DNA of 64,000 nucleotides from a bacterium (GTDB lineage: Bacteria > RBG-13-61-14 > DATKZS01), in assembly GCA_963674965.2 (NCBI GenBank), contig CAXXFL010000007.1, forward strand, positions 224,001 to 288,000. Reading direction: 5' to 3'. Under the pieces are notes generated by a model, which was not told the DNA's origin, did not search any database, and saw only the letters and a list, made by a program, of their open reading frames with translations. The position numbers and the translations under genes were made by a program. Positions 7,787 to 17,230 of the stretch are shown here, piece by piece; within the stretch, counting starts at the first letter, position 1, and each line of letters opens with the position of its first letter.

Positions 7787-9772
7787 ATGGTGAGAGACAA
7801 TCTCGTCCTGATATGCCTGGAGGAAGGCTTGGGCCGCCACTGGCAGAGCTTTTCCGCCGAGCGGAATTTCGACCTCTGGCTGGCGGGGTTGGACAAGCCC
7901 GAGAGCGCCTCGGCCGACCGGGCGCTGGCCGACCCGGGCGACAAGTTCTCCTGCCTGGCCAGGTTACTCGAGAGGAGTGAAAACGACCTTTGCCGCTACA
8001 AGTTCGTATTCCTGCCCGACCCGGACGTGATTATCGGACCGGACGCCATCGAGCGGCTCTTCACGGTCATGGAAAAGGAAAACCTGGCCGCGGCCCAGCC
8101 GGCCCTGTCGCCCGACGGCAGGATAGCCCACGAGATCGTCAAGGTCATGCCCCAATATTCCCTGCGCAGGGTCAACTTCGTGCAGACCGAGGTTATGGCC
8201 CTGCGTATGGATTTTTTGCTCCAGCAGTGGCGCTCCCTCGCCGAGGTCCCACGACCCTCCCTCGAGTGGATCATCCCCCAAGCGGCGGCCAACGGAAAGG
8301 GCGGCGCGGCCATCGTCGACGCCGCGGTCTGCAAAGTTCCCTTTACTGAGATAACTCCCGAGCGAAAAAAGAAGATGGAGCACGAGAGGCAAAGGGCCGG
8401 AGAATACCTCGACCAACGCGGCGTTAAAAGGGCCTTCCACCTTTACGAGCCCGTCCACGCCCAGCCGGGCCGCTCAATATCGAGTACCTCCCTTTTCAAG
8501 ATCAACCTTCGCTACGAATGGCTCCTTAAAAAGAAGTCGCCCCACCCTTTCTGGCGAACGGCGGCCAGGGTCAGGGCCTACGGCAGGGAAATACCACCGG
8601 CCGGGGCCTATTTAAAAGGCATGAAAAGCCAGACGGCCCAAGCTCTTCGCCCGCGGGGCAGTGGCCGACGCGGGCGCGACGCGGTCCTCTTCGTGGTGGA
8701 CGCCGAGCTTTGGCCGCCCAGTCACGGCTTTACCAGGCGGCTGCACGACATGGTCGCGGCCCTTAGGGAGAGCGGCTTTTGGACCGCGGCCGTGGCCAGG
8801 ATGAGCGAGTCTAACTCCGCCAATCACGGGCGGCTGCTCGAGGTGTTCGACGAGGTCAAGCTGGTGGCTTCTCCGCATTTTTGCTGGGACTCGGTGGAAA
8901 GGTACTCGCCCGAGCGCTATTTCGGCGCGGTCGGCCGCATGACCGCCGAGCTCGATCCCCTGGCCGTGATCGCGGTTTACGTCTGGATGGCGCCCTGTCT
9001 GGACGCGGTCCGGAACGGGGCCCTCAAGCTGATCGACTCGAACGACCTCATGCATCGGCGCAACGATTACTTCTTCCAGGAGGCGCCCCTTTGCACGCGG
9101 GAGGAGGAAAAGTCCCGATTCGAGAAGGCCGACGCCATCATCGCCATCCAGTCGCTCGAGGCCCGGATGATAAGCGAGATGGTCCCGGCAAAGCGGGTGG
9201 TCGTGGCCGGCCACCACGCCCCGGCGCGTCAGGCCCCTCCCTCCTCCGGCAAGAGGATCATAATCGTGGGAAGCGACAATTCCTGCAATATCCACGGGCT
9301 CTCTTGCTTCATGGACCGGGCCTGGCCGGTCATTCGCAGGATCGAGCCCGAGGCCCGCCTCGAGGTGTACGGCAACCTGTCGGACCACTGCCCTCTGACG
9401 CCGGGCGTCACGGCCCACGGGTTCGTCGATGACCTGATCGAGGCCTACGACGGCGCCGCCGTGGTGGCCGCGCCGCTGCTTTTGGGCACGGGCCTCAAGA
9501 TCAAGTCGGTCGAGGCCCTCTGCCATGGCAAGGCCCTGGTGACCACCTCAATCGGGGCCGAGGGGATCGAGGAAGGAGCGGGCCGGGCCTTCATAATCGA
9601 GGACGACCTGGAAAAGATGGGCGAGAGGCTGGCCGGCCTCCTCTCGGACCACGAAACGAGGCGCCGCCTCGAGCGGGAGGCCCACATCTTCGCCAAGTCC
9701 ACGTTTTCACGCGAGAAAGTCTACGGACCCCTCATCGACATCATCCGCGAGACCAAAGCCGCCCGGTCCTGA
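7787..9772 (+). CDS. Fused glycosyltransferase: N-terminal DUF707-like domain + C-terminal GT4 (GT-B) domain
   Basis: N-term FVFLPDPDV...AAQPALS...VNFVQ; C-term HGFVDDL...GTGLKIKSVEALCHGKALVTTSIGAEG. Confidence 0.8.
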   Translation: MVRDNLVLICLEEGLGRHWQSFSAERNFDLWLAGLDKPESASADRALADPGDKFSCLARLLERSENDLCRYKFVFLPDPDVIIGPDAIERLFTVMEKENLAAAQPALSPDGRIAHEIVKVMPQYSLRRVNFVQTEVMALRMDFLLQQWRSLAEVPRPSLEWIIPQAAANGKGGAAIVDAAVCKVPFTEITPERKKKMEHERQRAGEYLDQRGVKRAFHLYEPVHAQPGRSISSTSLFKINLRYEWLLKKKSPHPFWRTAARVRAYGREIPPAGAYLKGMKSQTAQALRPRGSGRRGRDAVLFVVDAELWPPSHGFTRRLHDMVAALRESGFWTAAVARMSESNSANHGRLLEVFDEVKLVASPHFCWDSVERYSPERYFGAVGRMTAELDPLAVIAVYVWMAPCLDAVRNGALKLIDSNDLMHRRNDYFFQEAPLCTREEEKSRFEKADAIIAIQSLEARMISEMVPAKRVVVAGHHAPARQAPPSSGKRIIIVGSDNSCNIHGLSCFMDRAWPVIRRIEPEARLEVYGNLSDHCPLTPGVTAHGFVDDLIEAYDGAAVVAAPLLLGTGLKIKSVEALCHGKALVTTSIGAEGIEEGAGRAFIIEDDLEKMGERLAGLLSDHETRRRLEREAHIFAKSTFSREKVYGPLIDIIRETKAARS

Positions 9773-9806
9773 AAGCAGGGCTTGGCAACGGCCTTCGAAT
9801 CTGGGT

Positions 9807-9829
9807 CGCGCATGCATGATGCATGCGCG
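9807..9829. repeat. Perfect 11-bp inverted repeat
   Basis: CGCGCATGCAT-G-ATGCATGCGCG. Confidence 0.9.
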
Positions 9830-10009
9830 GCGTTAGCCGCAGGCTGAACGCTTCCCTTCATTAGCCCCCCTGCCAAGCAAACCAATGCATAATGGATAAA
9901 AAGTATGCGGGGCATAAACTTGCCTTCCGAGTCCTCGGACCGTTCGCTACGCCTGCCCGCAAAATGGGCGGGCGGCCCGGCGCCTTGGAAAGCCGATATG
10001 GGCGGCGGC

Positions 10010-10038
10010 TTTACCATGGAACAATCCCGCGATATAAT
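10010..10038 (+). promoter_or_regulatory. Putative sigma70 promoter
   Basis: TTTACC-17 nt-TATAAT, then GAGGAGG RBS before ATG 10083. Confidence 0.6.
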
Positions 10039-10082
10039 CCCTCCAATACCCAGAGGGGGGTCCGTCTCCTCGAGGAGGAAAC

Positions 10083-11993
10083 ATGAGGAAAATACTGGCC
10101 GCGCTGGCTTTTTTGTTTATATTGACGGCCGCGCCCGTCCGGCTCCTGGCGGACGACATTGACGATTATTATTTCGTCGCCGATTTCGACGTGGGCGCCG
10201 TCTCGGACGTCGCCGTCACGCCCGACGACAGGTACGTTCTGATCCTGGATGGTGACAGCAACAAACTCCACTTCCTGGACACCTGGGACTTCGACCTGAT
10301 TGAGGGGGCCTCCGTCGATTTCGGCTCCGATTCTCCCCTCTGTCTGGACATATCCCCCGACGGCGACTACGCCTATATAGGCCTTGACTCGGGCGAGTTG
10401 GCCATAGTGGATATCAGCGGGCTGTATTCCCTCTCCCCCATCGAGGAGCCGGAGGATGAACTGACGGTCTATTTTAAAACTATTGATGGAGACGGGGCAC
10501 TTGAAAAAATCGCGGCCGTGCCTAATTACAACTCACCAACCTCCGACCCATATATAATTATGGGTTTTCCTTCTAGCGCGGTGGAAGCTGTTTACTGGGT
10601 TAAACATTCTGGTGGGTCAAGTTTGACAACTGCTCTGGCTTTCCCAAGTCATTCAGTAGAGGTTATCGAATTGGAAAGAGGAGAAAAACAAGTCTTTGAA
10701 ATATATGAAAGTAGCGGAAATGACTACCTAGGTATTATTCAATGCGATGGCACTTGTACAAATACCAATGGTATCGACAAGCTTGTAACTCCATCAACAG
10801 GCTTGGCGGCAGACCCGATCAATGACGATTTTCTCGTGATCTCTTATTATACTCAGAGCGGTAGCACTCCTCTCGGAAGTATCCAATATCTTGATACAAG
10901 CAGCTTTGACAGCCAGACAGTAGAATCTGAAGAAGTTGGCATTTCATCGACATCGATAGCTATATTATCTTCTGGACTGAATGATTCTACTACAACGGCT
11001 CTTTTTTTAACCGACCAAAATGCTGAAATGACGGAAATAAACAATAGCACTTTAGCCGCTACTTCCGGTACAGTCGCGTCTCCTTCAACCGACAACTTTT
11101 CCGCCCTCGCCGCCTCCAGCGGAAACGACAGATTTTTTTACGCGGGCACGGACGGCGCTTCCAATTCCTTTCACGTCTTTACGGCCAACCCATGGATAAG
11201 TTACCTGACCGCCAACGCGGGGGCCACGGTAACGGAGGCGGACGGAGACGAGTTTCCTTTGGCTTTTTCGGCGTTTAAAAGGGGAAGTGATCTTGATTTC
11301 GACGTCTACGTGGACGGCGACTTTGGTTCCTGGAGCGGGTCCGTGGCCGACGGAGAAGAGTCGGAGTCGGCGGCTGGGGACACGGTTGCCGTCGTAATCA
11401 ACGTCGCCGTTGACGACCTTGACGAGTGCGAGAACGTTCTCACGGTGGTGGCCGAGGACTCGGCGGGCCGGGAGGGCCGGGACGCGGTGAAGGTGGTGAA
11501 GGACTTTCCGCCGCCGGAGCCGGACTTCAGCCTGGATTTCGGCGACCGGAAGCTCATTATCGAGTTCAACGTGGACGACCCGTGCGACTTAAAGGAGTAC
11601 GTGATTTTCTACGGCGACTCGGCGACCCTGGACAATAGTTTTAACGACTACGACGACCTCCTTGCCAGCGGCGCGGATTACGTCACTCTCGACTCGGGCC
11701 TGACCGACGGCAAGAAGATCAAGGAGACCATCGAGGGTCTTACCAACGGGGTCCTCCATTACGTTTACCTGGTGATCGTGGATAAGTCGGACAACTCGGC
11801 GGTCAGCGACGCCCGATCGGCCACGCCGCAGGTTGTCCTGACCCTCACCGACCTCACCGGCGAGGAGGGCGGCGTCGATTGTTTCGGGTCCCTCGGCGGC
11901 GCGAGGACCGGCGACCCCAAAAGCGCGGCGGTCCTTTTGGCCCCCCTGCTCATGGCGGCGGCCTACAGTTCAATAAGGCGGTGGAAGAAATGA
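10083..11993 (+). CDS. Secreted surface protein: beta-propeller-like N-region, Ig/FN3-like domains, C-terminal Cys-TM-basic (MYXO-CTERM-like) sorting signal
   Basis: Signal peptide MRKILAALAFLFIL; VAVTPDD and LDISPDGDYAY blades; FN3-like YVIFYG...IEGLTNGVLHYVYLVIVDKSDNS...ATP; tail GGVDCFG...AAVLLAPLLMAAAYSSIRRWKK. Confidence 0.75.
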   Translation: MRKILAALAFLFILTAAPVRLLADDIDDYYFVADFDVGAVSDVAVTPDDRYVLILDGDSNKLHFLDTWDFDLIEGASVDFGSDSPLCLDISPDGDYAYIGLDSGELAIVDISGLYSLSPIEEPEDELTVYFKTIDGDGALEKIAAVPNYNSPTSDPYIIMGFPSSAVEAVYWVKHSGGSSLTTALAFPSHSVEVIELERGEKQVFEIYESSGNDYLGIIQCDGTCTNTNGIDKLVTPSTGLAADPINDDFLVISYYTQSGSTPLGSIQYLDTSSFDSQTVESEEVGISSTSIAILSSGLNDSTTTALFLTDQNAEMTEINNSTLAATSGTVASPSTDNFSALAASSGNDRFFYAGTDGASNSFHVFTANPWISYLTANAGATVTEADGDEFPLAFSAFKRGSDLDFDVYVDGDFGSWSGSVADGEESESAAGDTVAVVINVAVDDLDECENVLTVVAEDSAGREGRDAVKVVKDFPPPEPDFSLDFGDRKLIIEFNVDDPCDLKEYVIFYGDSATLDNSFNDYDDLLASGADYVTLDSGLTDGKKIKETIEGLTNGVLHYVYLVIVDKSDNSAVSDARSATPQVVLTLTDLTGEEGGVDCFGSLGGARTGDPKSAAVLLAPLLMAAAYSSIRRWKK

Positions 11994-12712
11994 GGCGACT
12001 TTTTGCCCCGGCGGCGTTTGTAGTTTTTTTGTCGATAGCCATATCTCCCCTGGCGGCTTCCGAGCCGGAGGATGCGCCCGACGGCCGGACCAACCTGGCC
12101 CGCCGGATCGAGGACTGGCATTCGCGCCAACTCTGGAGCGGCGAGGGCTTCATCGGTATGGTGACCTTTAACGAGGACGCCTTCGAGGAGGTGTTCGGCT
12201 CGGATTATTTCCCCATCCTCTACTCGGGCTTCACCTGGTATTTCGTGGACAACCTGGGCCTGGGCTTTTACGTGGGCGCGACCTTCATGCAGGGCAACGC
12301 CGTCGGCGAGATCACGGGCGAGGAGTCGGGGGAGGGCGTCGATTTCTTCGCCGTGCCGGTCCAGGCCAACCTGAGGTATCGGTTCCGCTTTTATGACGGC
12401 CAGCCCATCGTTCCCTCCATCTATTTCGGCGGCGACTACTGGTATTTCCAGGAGAACAACGAGTTCCAGGACGACGTGGAGGGCGACAAGACGGGCTTCC
12501 ATTACGGGGCGGACGTGGCCTTTTTGCTGGACAACTTCGACAAGCGGAGCGCCCACCGCATGAAAAAGACCTGGGGCATCGAGAACACTTACTTCACCAT
12601 GGGCTACGACGTGAACCAGGTGGGCGAAGACGAGGAAGGTCTCGAGTTCTCGGGCGGGACGCTCAAGTTCGGTCTGACCTTCGACGTTATCGGTTCGGGC
12701 ATGCTTCAGTGA
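11990..12712 (+). CDS. Outer-membrane beta-barrel protein, resembles MXAN_2562 family
   Basis: ATGA overlap with upstream gene; signal peptide; amphipathic strands; FLLDNFDKRSA...WGIENTY...FGLTFD motif recalled for that family. Confidence 0.7.
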   Translation: MRRLFAPAAFVVFLSIAISPLAASEPEDAPDGRTNLARRIEDWHSRQLWSGEGFIGMVTFNEDAFEEVFGSDYFPILYSGFTWYFVDNLGLGFYVGATFMQGNAVGEITGEESGEGVDFFAVPVQANLRYRFRFYDGQPIVPSIYFGGDYWYFQENNEFQDDVEGDKTGFHYGADVAFLLDNFDKRSAHRMKKTWGIENTYFTMGYDVNQVGEDEEGLEFSGGTLKFGLTFDVIGSGMLQ

Positions 12713-13449
12713 GGGTGATCAAGCTCACCATCGAGTATGACGGGACGGAGTTCTCGGGCTGGCAGGTGCAGCCGGGGATGAGGACGGTGCAGGGGGCCAT
12801 CGAGGACGCCCTTTTCAAGTTCACGGGCGAGCGGATATCGGCCGAGGCCTCGGGCCGGACGGACGCCGGCGTCCACGCCCTGGGCCAGGTGGTGAGTTTT
12901 CGGACGGAGAGCGGCCTGGATACTCGGCGGATGATGGGGGCCCTTAACGCCCTTCTCCCGGAGGACGTGGCGGCGCTCGAGGTGGAGGAAGCGGACCCGG
13001 ATTTTCACGCCCGTAGGAGCGCCCGGGGCAAGACCTACCGCTACGCTGTCCTGGACGGCGGGCGGCGGACGGCCCTTGACAGGCGCAGGGCCTGGACGGT
13101 CCCCTCCCGGCTGGACGTGGGCGCCATGAGGAAGGCGGCGGCGCTTTTGGAGGGCGAACGCGACTTCTCGAGCTTTCGAGCCTCGGGGTGCGAGGCGAAA
13201 GGGTCGGTCCGGGACCTTAGGAGACTCGAGGTATACCGCGACTCGATCGAGAGAGTGATATTCGAGGCCGAAGCGAACGGCTTTCTCAAGCAGATGGTAA
13301 GGGCCCTGGTGGGCACGCTGGTGGAAGTGGGCTCGGGCAAGAGGGCGCCGGATGAGATGCGGGCCATCCTCGAGTCGCTCGACAGGTCGGCGGCGGGCCA
13401 AACGGCCCCTCCCTGGGGTCTTTACCTGGTCTCGGTAAAATACTATTGA
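12709..13449 (+). CDS. truA: tRNA pseudouridine(38-40) synthase TruA
   Basis: YDGTEFSGWQ, GRTDAGVHA, FHAR, GFLKQMVR, TAPPWGLYL. Confidence 0.97.
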   Translation: MRVIKLTIEYDGTEFSGWQVQPGMRTVQGAIEDALFKFTGERISAEASGRTDAGVHALGQVVSFRTESGLDTRRMMGALNALLPEDVAALEVEEADPDFHARRSARGKTYRYAVLDGGRRTALDRRRAWTVPSRLDVGAMRKAAALLEGERDFSSFRASGCEAKGSVRDLRRLEVYRDSIERVIFEAEANGFLKQMVRALVGTLVEVGSGKRAPDEMRAILESLDRSAAGQTAPPWGLYLVSVKYY

Positions 13450-13464
13450 TAGAGGAGGTTTTTT

Positions 13465-14112
13465 ATGAGGCTTGCCAAAATTCTATTAATCAGCATTATC
13501 ACGGGGATTTTGGTATCTTCCTGCGGTCCCTCCTGCGAGGACATCGAAAAGGACTTAAAGGAGCCGGCCCTGCCCAAGGTCCCGCGATCGGCCAAAAACA
13601 AGGGAAAGGCTAATGATGAGCCGGCCGAGTTCACGAAAGCACAGTACGAGGAAATTTATTTCTTCCTGGCCGAGTCCGACCGCCTGGCCAAGGTCATGGC
13701 CCACAACATGCTGAACTCCGACGATAAGGACAAAGACCTCGAGACCTTTTTCAAAAAGAAAAGCGTGTTCCAGAAACAAAAGATTTCCTGGGAGCACATG
13801 ATCACGGTCAAAATCAATAGGCTGCTTGAAGCGGGCGACGGATTGCCCGCCGATCATCCGGCCCCGACTTTAATCAAGTCCCTTCGCCTCTTCCGGGAGG
13901 AACTCCAGGCCTATGAGCGGGCCATTCTTATGAACAGGCCCTTTGACGACTCGATCGAGACCAGCCTGGAGCAGCAGATGAAAAAGACAAGGGAAGTGCT
14001 GGACGGACTCGAGGCGGATGGAAATCGGACGATGGACTCCAATACCGGCGACGACTCTTCCTCGCCCGGTCCCGTCCAAAAGGAAGAAGGCACGGAGCCG
14101 GCCCATCAATAA
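13465..14112 (+). CDS. Hypothetical lipoprotein
   Basis: GAGGAGG RBS; signal with lipobox-like LVSSC. Confidence 0.75.
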   Translation: MRLAKILLISIITGILVSSCGPSCEDIEKDLKEPALPKVPRSAKNKGKANDEPAEFTKAQYEEIYFFLAESDRLAKVMAHNMLNSDDKDKDLETFFKKKSVFQKQKISWEHMITVKINRLLEAGDGLPADHPAPTLIKSLRLFREELQAYERAILMNRPFDDSIETSLEQQMKKTREVLDGLEADGNRTMDSNTGDDSSSPGPVQKEEGTEPAHQ

Positions 14113-15248
14113 CAGATATACTTTACGACCGTGTCGTCGTTCGTCTGGACCGCCACGTATTTGAGGTCCGAGGTGGGATATATATTCCTCAAGCGCGAGT
14201 CGACGGGCTTGGTCCATAATACCTCGCCGCTTTTGAGGTCGGCCAGAAGCATGGCGGACTTGCTCGAGTTTTCCCGACCCATGGCGATGAGCTTTCCATT
14301 GTCGGCGCTTATGGCGATGACCCACGGCTTCTGGAAGGCGGTGGAAAAGACGGGCTTCGCCGACGCGAGGCCCGAGGCCATAAGCTCGCTGGATTGGTAG
14401 ACGCCCAGTTTTTCGTTCTCGTCCACGACGGCCGCGAGCGACCCGTCGGGTGACACGCACCCACCCTGCCCTTTGAACTCGATTTTCTTAAGGGCGGTCC
14501 GTGACATGAGGAACATGGTCTGTCCCTGTTTCACGGTCCTGTAGTACTGAGTCATGACCATCTGGGCCTGGTTGGAAACCGACAGTATCCGGGTGTTGGG
14601 TCCGTACTCCCACACCATGTTGCCGTCCGTCGTATAAAGAATGCCTCCGATGCCGTCGAAGATATAGCTCTCGGTGGGATCGAAGGTCACGTACCAGTAC
14701 TGAATGGGCTTCTCCCATATGAAATTCAGTTCGGCGTCGTACAGCCTCACGAGAGGATGCATGACTTCTCCCGTCAGAACGTACTTTCCCTTCGGGCTGA
14801 GGGTCCCGCTTTGATACCTGCCGGGATTGGGTTTGGCCCATATCTGGTTGCCGGACCCGTCGAGAAGGCGCGAGGTGAGGGTCATGGCCTCGGTGTTCTT
14901 CTTGGGTTTGTCGTCGGTCTGAAAATATACCAGCGAGCCGTCGGCGCTTATGCCGAGGTCCTGCGCGTGTTTCCAGCCCTCGGACAGGGTCCAGTCTGGC
15001 TCGACATTATCGGTCAAGCAGTACGTCTTCGAGTCCGTGCATACCACGACCTTACCCGCGTCCGCCGCCATGGCCACGCCTTTGACGTTTTCCGGGAAGA
15101 CCCTGGTCCAGGCTATCTCGGGAAATTTGTCCTTGCCGTCGGTGAAGGCGTCCTTAAAGGACCCCTTCTTCGCGTAAGCCAGGGACGAAACGGCCACAAG
15201 CGCCGCCGCGGCCGCGGCCGCGCGGAGCGAGAAAAAGGACTTAAGCAT
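14106..15248 (-). CDS. Secreted WD40/PQQ-like beta-propeller protein
   Basis: Signal peptide; repeated blades (AMAADAG, ISADGS, LSPKGK, VSPDGS, ISADNG) and W-motifs (GNQIW, GNMVW, GEVLW); AGGAGG RBS. Confidence 0.75.
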   Translation of the reverse strand: MLKSFFSLRAAAAAAALVAVSSLAYAKKGSFKDAFTDGKDKFPEIAWTRVFPENVKGVAMAADAGKVVVCTDSKTYCLTDNVEPDWTLSEGWKHAQDLGISADGSLVYFQTDDKPKKNTEAMTLTSRLLDGSGNQIWAKPNPGRYQSGTLSPKGKYVLTGEVMHPLVRLYDAELNFIWEKPIQYWYVTFDPTESYIFDGIGGILYTTDGNMVWEYGPNTRILSVSNQAQMVMTQYYRTVKQGQTMFLMSRTALKKIEFKGQGGCVSPDGSLAAVVDENEKLGVYQSSELMASGLASAKPVFSTAFQKPWVIAISADNGKLIAMGRENSSKSAMLLADLKSGEVLWTKPVDSRLRNIYPTSDLKYVAVQTNDDTVVKYICY

Positions 15249-15258
15249 CCTGGACCTC

Positions 15259-16740
15259 CTATTTTCCCAGATAGGCGTTGACGAGAAACATGGAAACGTC
15301 GGGCACGTAGGTAATCAGAATCAGAGCGGCCAGCATGGCCAGATAAAAGGGCCAGACCGCCCTGGTTACCTTTTCCATTTTGATCTCCCCGATGGCGCAG
15401 CCCACGAAGAGGACCGAGCCCACCGGCGGAGTGCAAAGGCCCACGCCCAGGTTGGCGATCATTATCATGCCGAAGTGCACGGGATGCACTCCAATATGCT
15501 GGGCCACGGGCAGGAGCACGGGAGTGGTGATGATTATCAATGGGGCCATGTCCATTACCATGCCCAAGGCCAAAAGCATGAGGTTGATAAGGGCCAGCAC
15601 CACGATCTTCTGGATAAAGGGATCGTCGGATATGGACAGGAGCCCGCCGGTGATGGCCTCGGGCACGTGGAGAACGGTGAGGCACCAGCCAAAAGCGGTG
15701 GCGTTCCCTATCAGCCACATGACCATGACGATGACCTTCATGGCCTGGACCGCCACCTTGGGATAATCCTTGATCGAGGATTCCTTGTAAAGCAGGGCGA
15801 AGACCAGAAAATTCACGATCAGGGCCCATACCACCGCTATAACGCTCGACTCGATGGCGGTAAACCATCCGAAGATTATGCCCCCCACGATGATGACGGG
15901 GCTGATGATGGGAAGGACCGCGTCCCTGACCACCACCGCGGTTCGGACCAGCCCCTCTTTTCCCCGACGGAAATAGACGCTGGCTAAAAGTCCACCCGCC
16001 AGGACCGCGACCCCCGCGGCCGCGAGCGGCCTCCCGATAACTCCCTTTGCCTGAAGGAAGATAAGCGCGCCGCCCAATACAAGGACCGCGGCGGTCTGGG
16101 CGACGCCCACCTTGACGCTGAGGTCGGATTCTTTCTTGTACTTCCTGGACACGGCGATGGTCACGGCCACGGTCATCAAAAGAAGTCCAACCAGCACGCC
16201 CGGGAGGATGCCGGCGATGAAGAGGGCCTCGATGCCCGCGACACCTCCGGCGGCCAGCGAGAAGATAATGGCGTTGTGGCTTGGCGGGATAAGCAGTCCC
16301 TGGGTGGACCCGGTTATGGTCACGGCGGTGGCGTAGCCGCGGTCGTTTCCCCTCTCGACCATCGACGGGATCAGCGTCGAGCCCACCGCCGAGGTCGCCG
16401 CCACGGCCGAGCCGGAAATGGCGCCGAAAAACATGCTCGAGAGGATGTTGACCACCGCCAGCCCACCCGGCATCCAGCCCACCAGCAGGGAGGCCAGGTC
16501 CACCATCTTGCGCGCCATGCCCCCTTGGCTCATGATGGCCCCCGCCAGAACGAAAAAGGGGATAGCCATAAGGGAGTCCTTGTCCATGCCCGCGAAAATA
16601 AGCTGAGCCGTTACCACCGGGTCCTTGCCGATGGCCAGCATGGTGACCAAAGAGGAAATGCCCATGGCGAAGGAAATAGGCACCCGTAGCGCGATAAGGG
16701 CGGCGAACAGGCCGAGAAGCAGGAAAGCCTCAGGTCTCAT
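15259..16740 (-). CDS. dctM: TRAP transporter large permease DctM, with extra hydrophobic insertion
   Basis: AIPFFVLAG, FFGAISGSAVA, LIPPS, GWFTAIESS, HFGMIM, TPPVGSVLF. Confidence 0.93.
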   Translation of the reverse strand: MRPEAFLLLGLFAALIALRVPISFAMGISSLVTMLAIGKDPVVTAQLIFAGMDKDSLMAIPFFVLAGAIMSQGGMARKMVDLASLLVGWMPGGLAVVNILSSMFFGAISGSAVAATSAVGSTLIPSMVERGNDRGYATAVTITGSTQGLLIPPSHNAIIFSLAAGGVAGIEALFIAGILPGVLVGLLLMTVAVTIAVSRKYKKESDLSVKVGVAQTAAVLVLGGALIFLQAKGVIGRPLAAAGVAVLAGGLLASVYFRRGKEGLVRTAVVVRDAVLPIISPVIIVGGIIFGWFTAIESSVIAVVWALIVNFLVFALLYKESSIKDYPKVAVQAMKVIVMVMWLIGNATAFGWCLTVLHVPEAITGGLLSISDDPFIQKIVVLALINLMLLALGMVMDMAPLIIITTPVLLPVAQHIGVHPVHFGMIMIANLGVGLCTPPVGSVLFVGCAIGEIKMEKVTRAVWPFYLAMLAALILITYVPDVSMFLVNAYLGK

Positions 16741-17230
16741 CCCGGACCTCCTCGCGGGACGCCCGCTCGACGCCAATATGCTCGAGGGCGGCCAGACATA
16801 ACAGGAAGCCGGTCACGGGAAGGGGAAGGTAGGAAAGTCCCGCCGGCATCTTGGTGCCGGGAAGCGGCTGATGCATGAACTCCGTCACCAGGGTTATCCC
16901 GCCGACGAGCAGGAAGGCGGAGAAAACGAGAACGATGGCCTCTCCGCCTATCAGCACTCTCCTTTTCACGGTGGGACTCATCTTGTCCACTATAAACTCG
17001 AGGGCGATGTGTCCTCTTTCGCGATGCAAAAAGGCCGATCCCAGGCACCCCATCCAGACCATGCACAGGAGCACGAGTTCCTTGGTCCAAGAGGGCGTGT
17101 TATCGGTGAATGTCCTCATAGATATCTCGTAGGTCTCGAGAATTACCATGAGGCTGAGAAGGATCACGGTGATCCAGCGGGTTGCCGCGAAGAGCGGTTC
17201 GATCGATCGGGTGTACTTTTCCATTTTCAA
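16730..17230 (-). CDS. dctQ: TRAP transporter small permease DctQ
   Basis: 4 TM segments; SWTKEL...VWMGCLGSA...HIALE; overlaps dctM start. Confidence 0.9.
   Translation of the reverse strand: MKMEKYTRSIEPLFAATRWITVILLSLMVILETYEISMRTFTDNTPSWTKELVLLCMVWMGCLGSAFLHRERGHIALEFIVDKMSPTVKRRVLIGGEAIVLVFSAFLLVGGITLVTEFMHQPLPGTKMPAGLSYLPLPVTGFLLCLAALEHIGVERASREEVRDET

Noticed and set aside
9781-9839. Possible integron attC site (GGCAAC...GTTAGCC)
   Set aside because: No L-box pairing, R boxes imperfect, no integrase or cassette array
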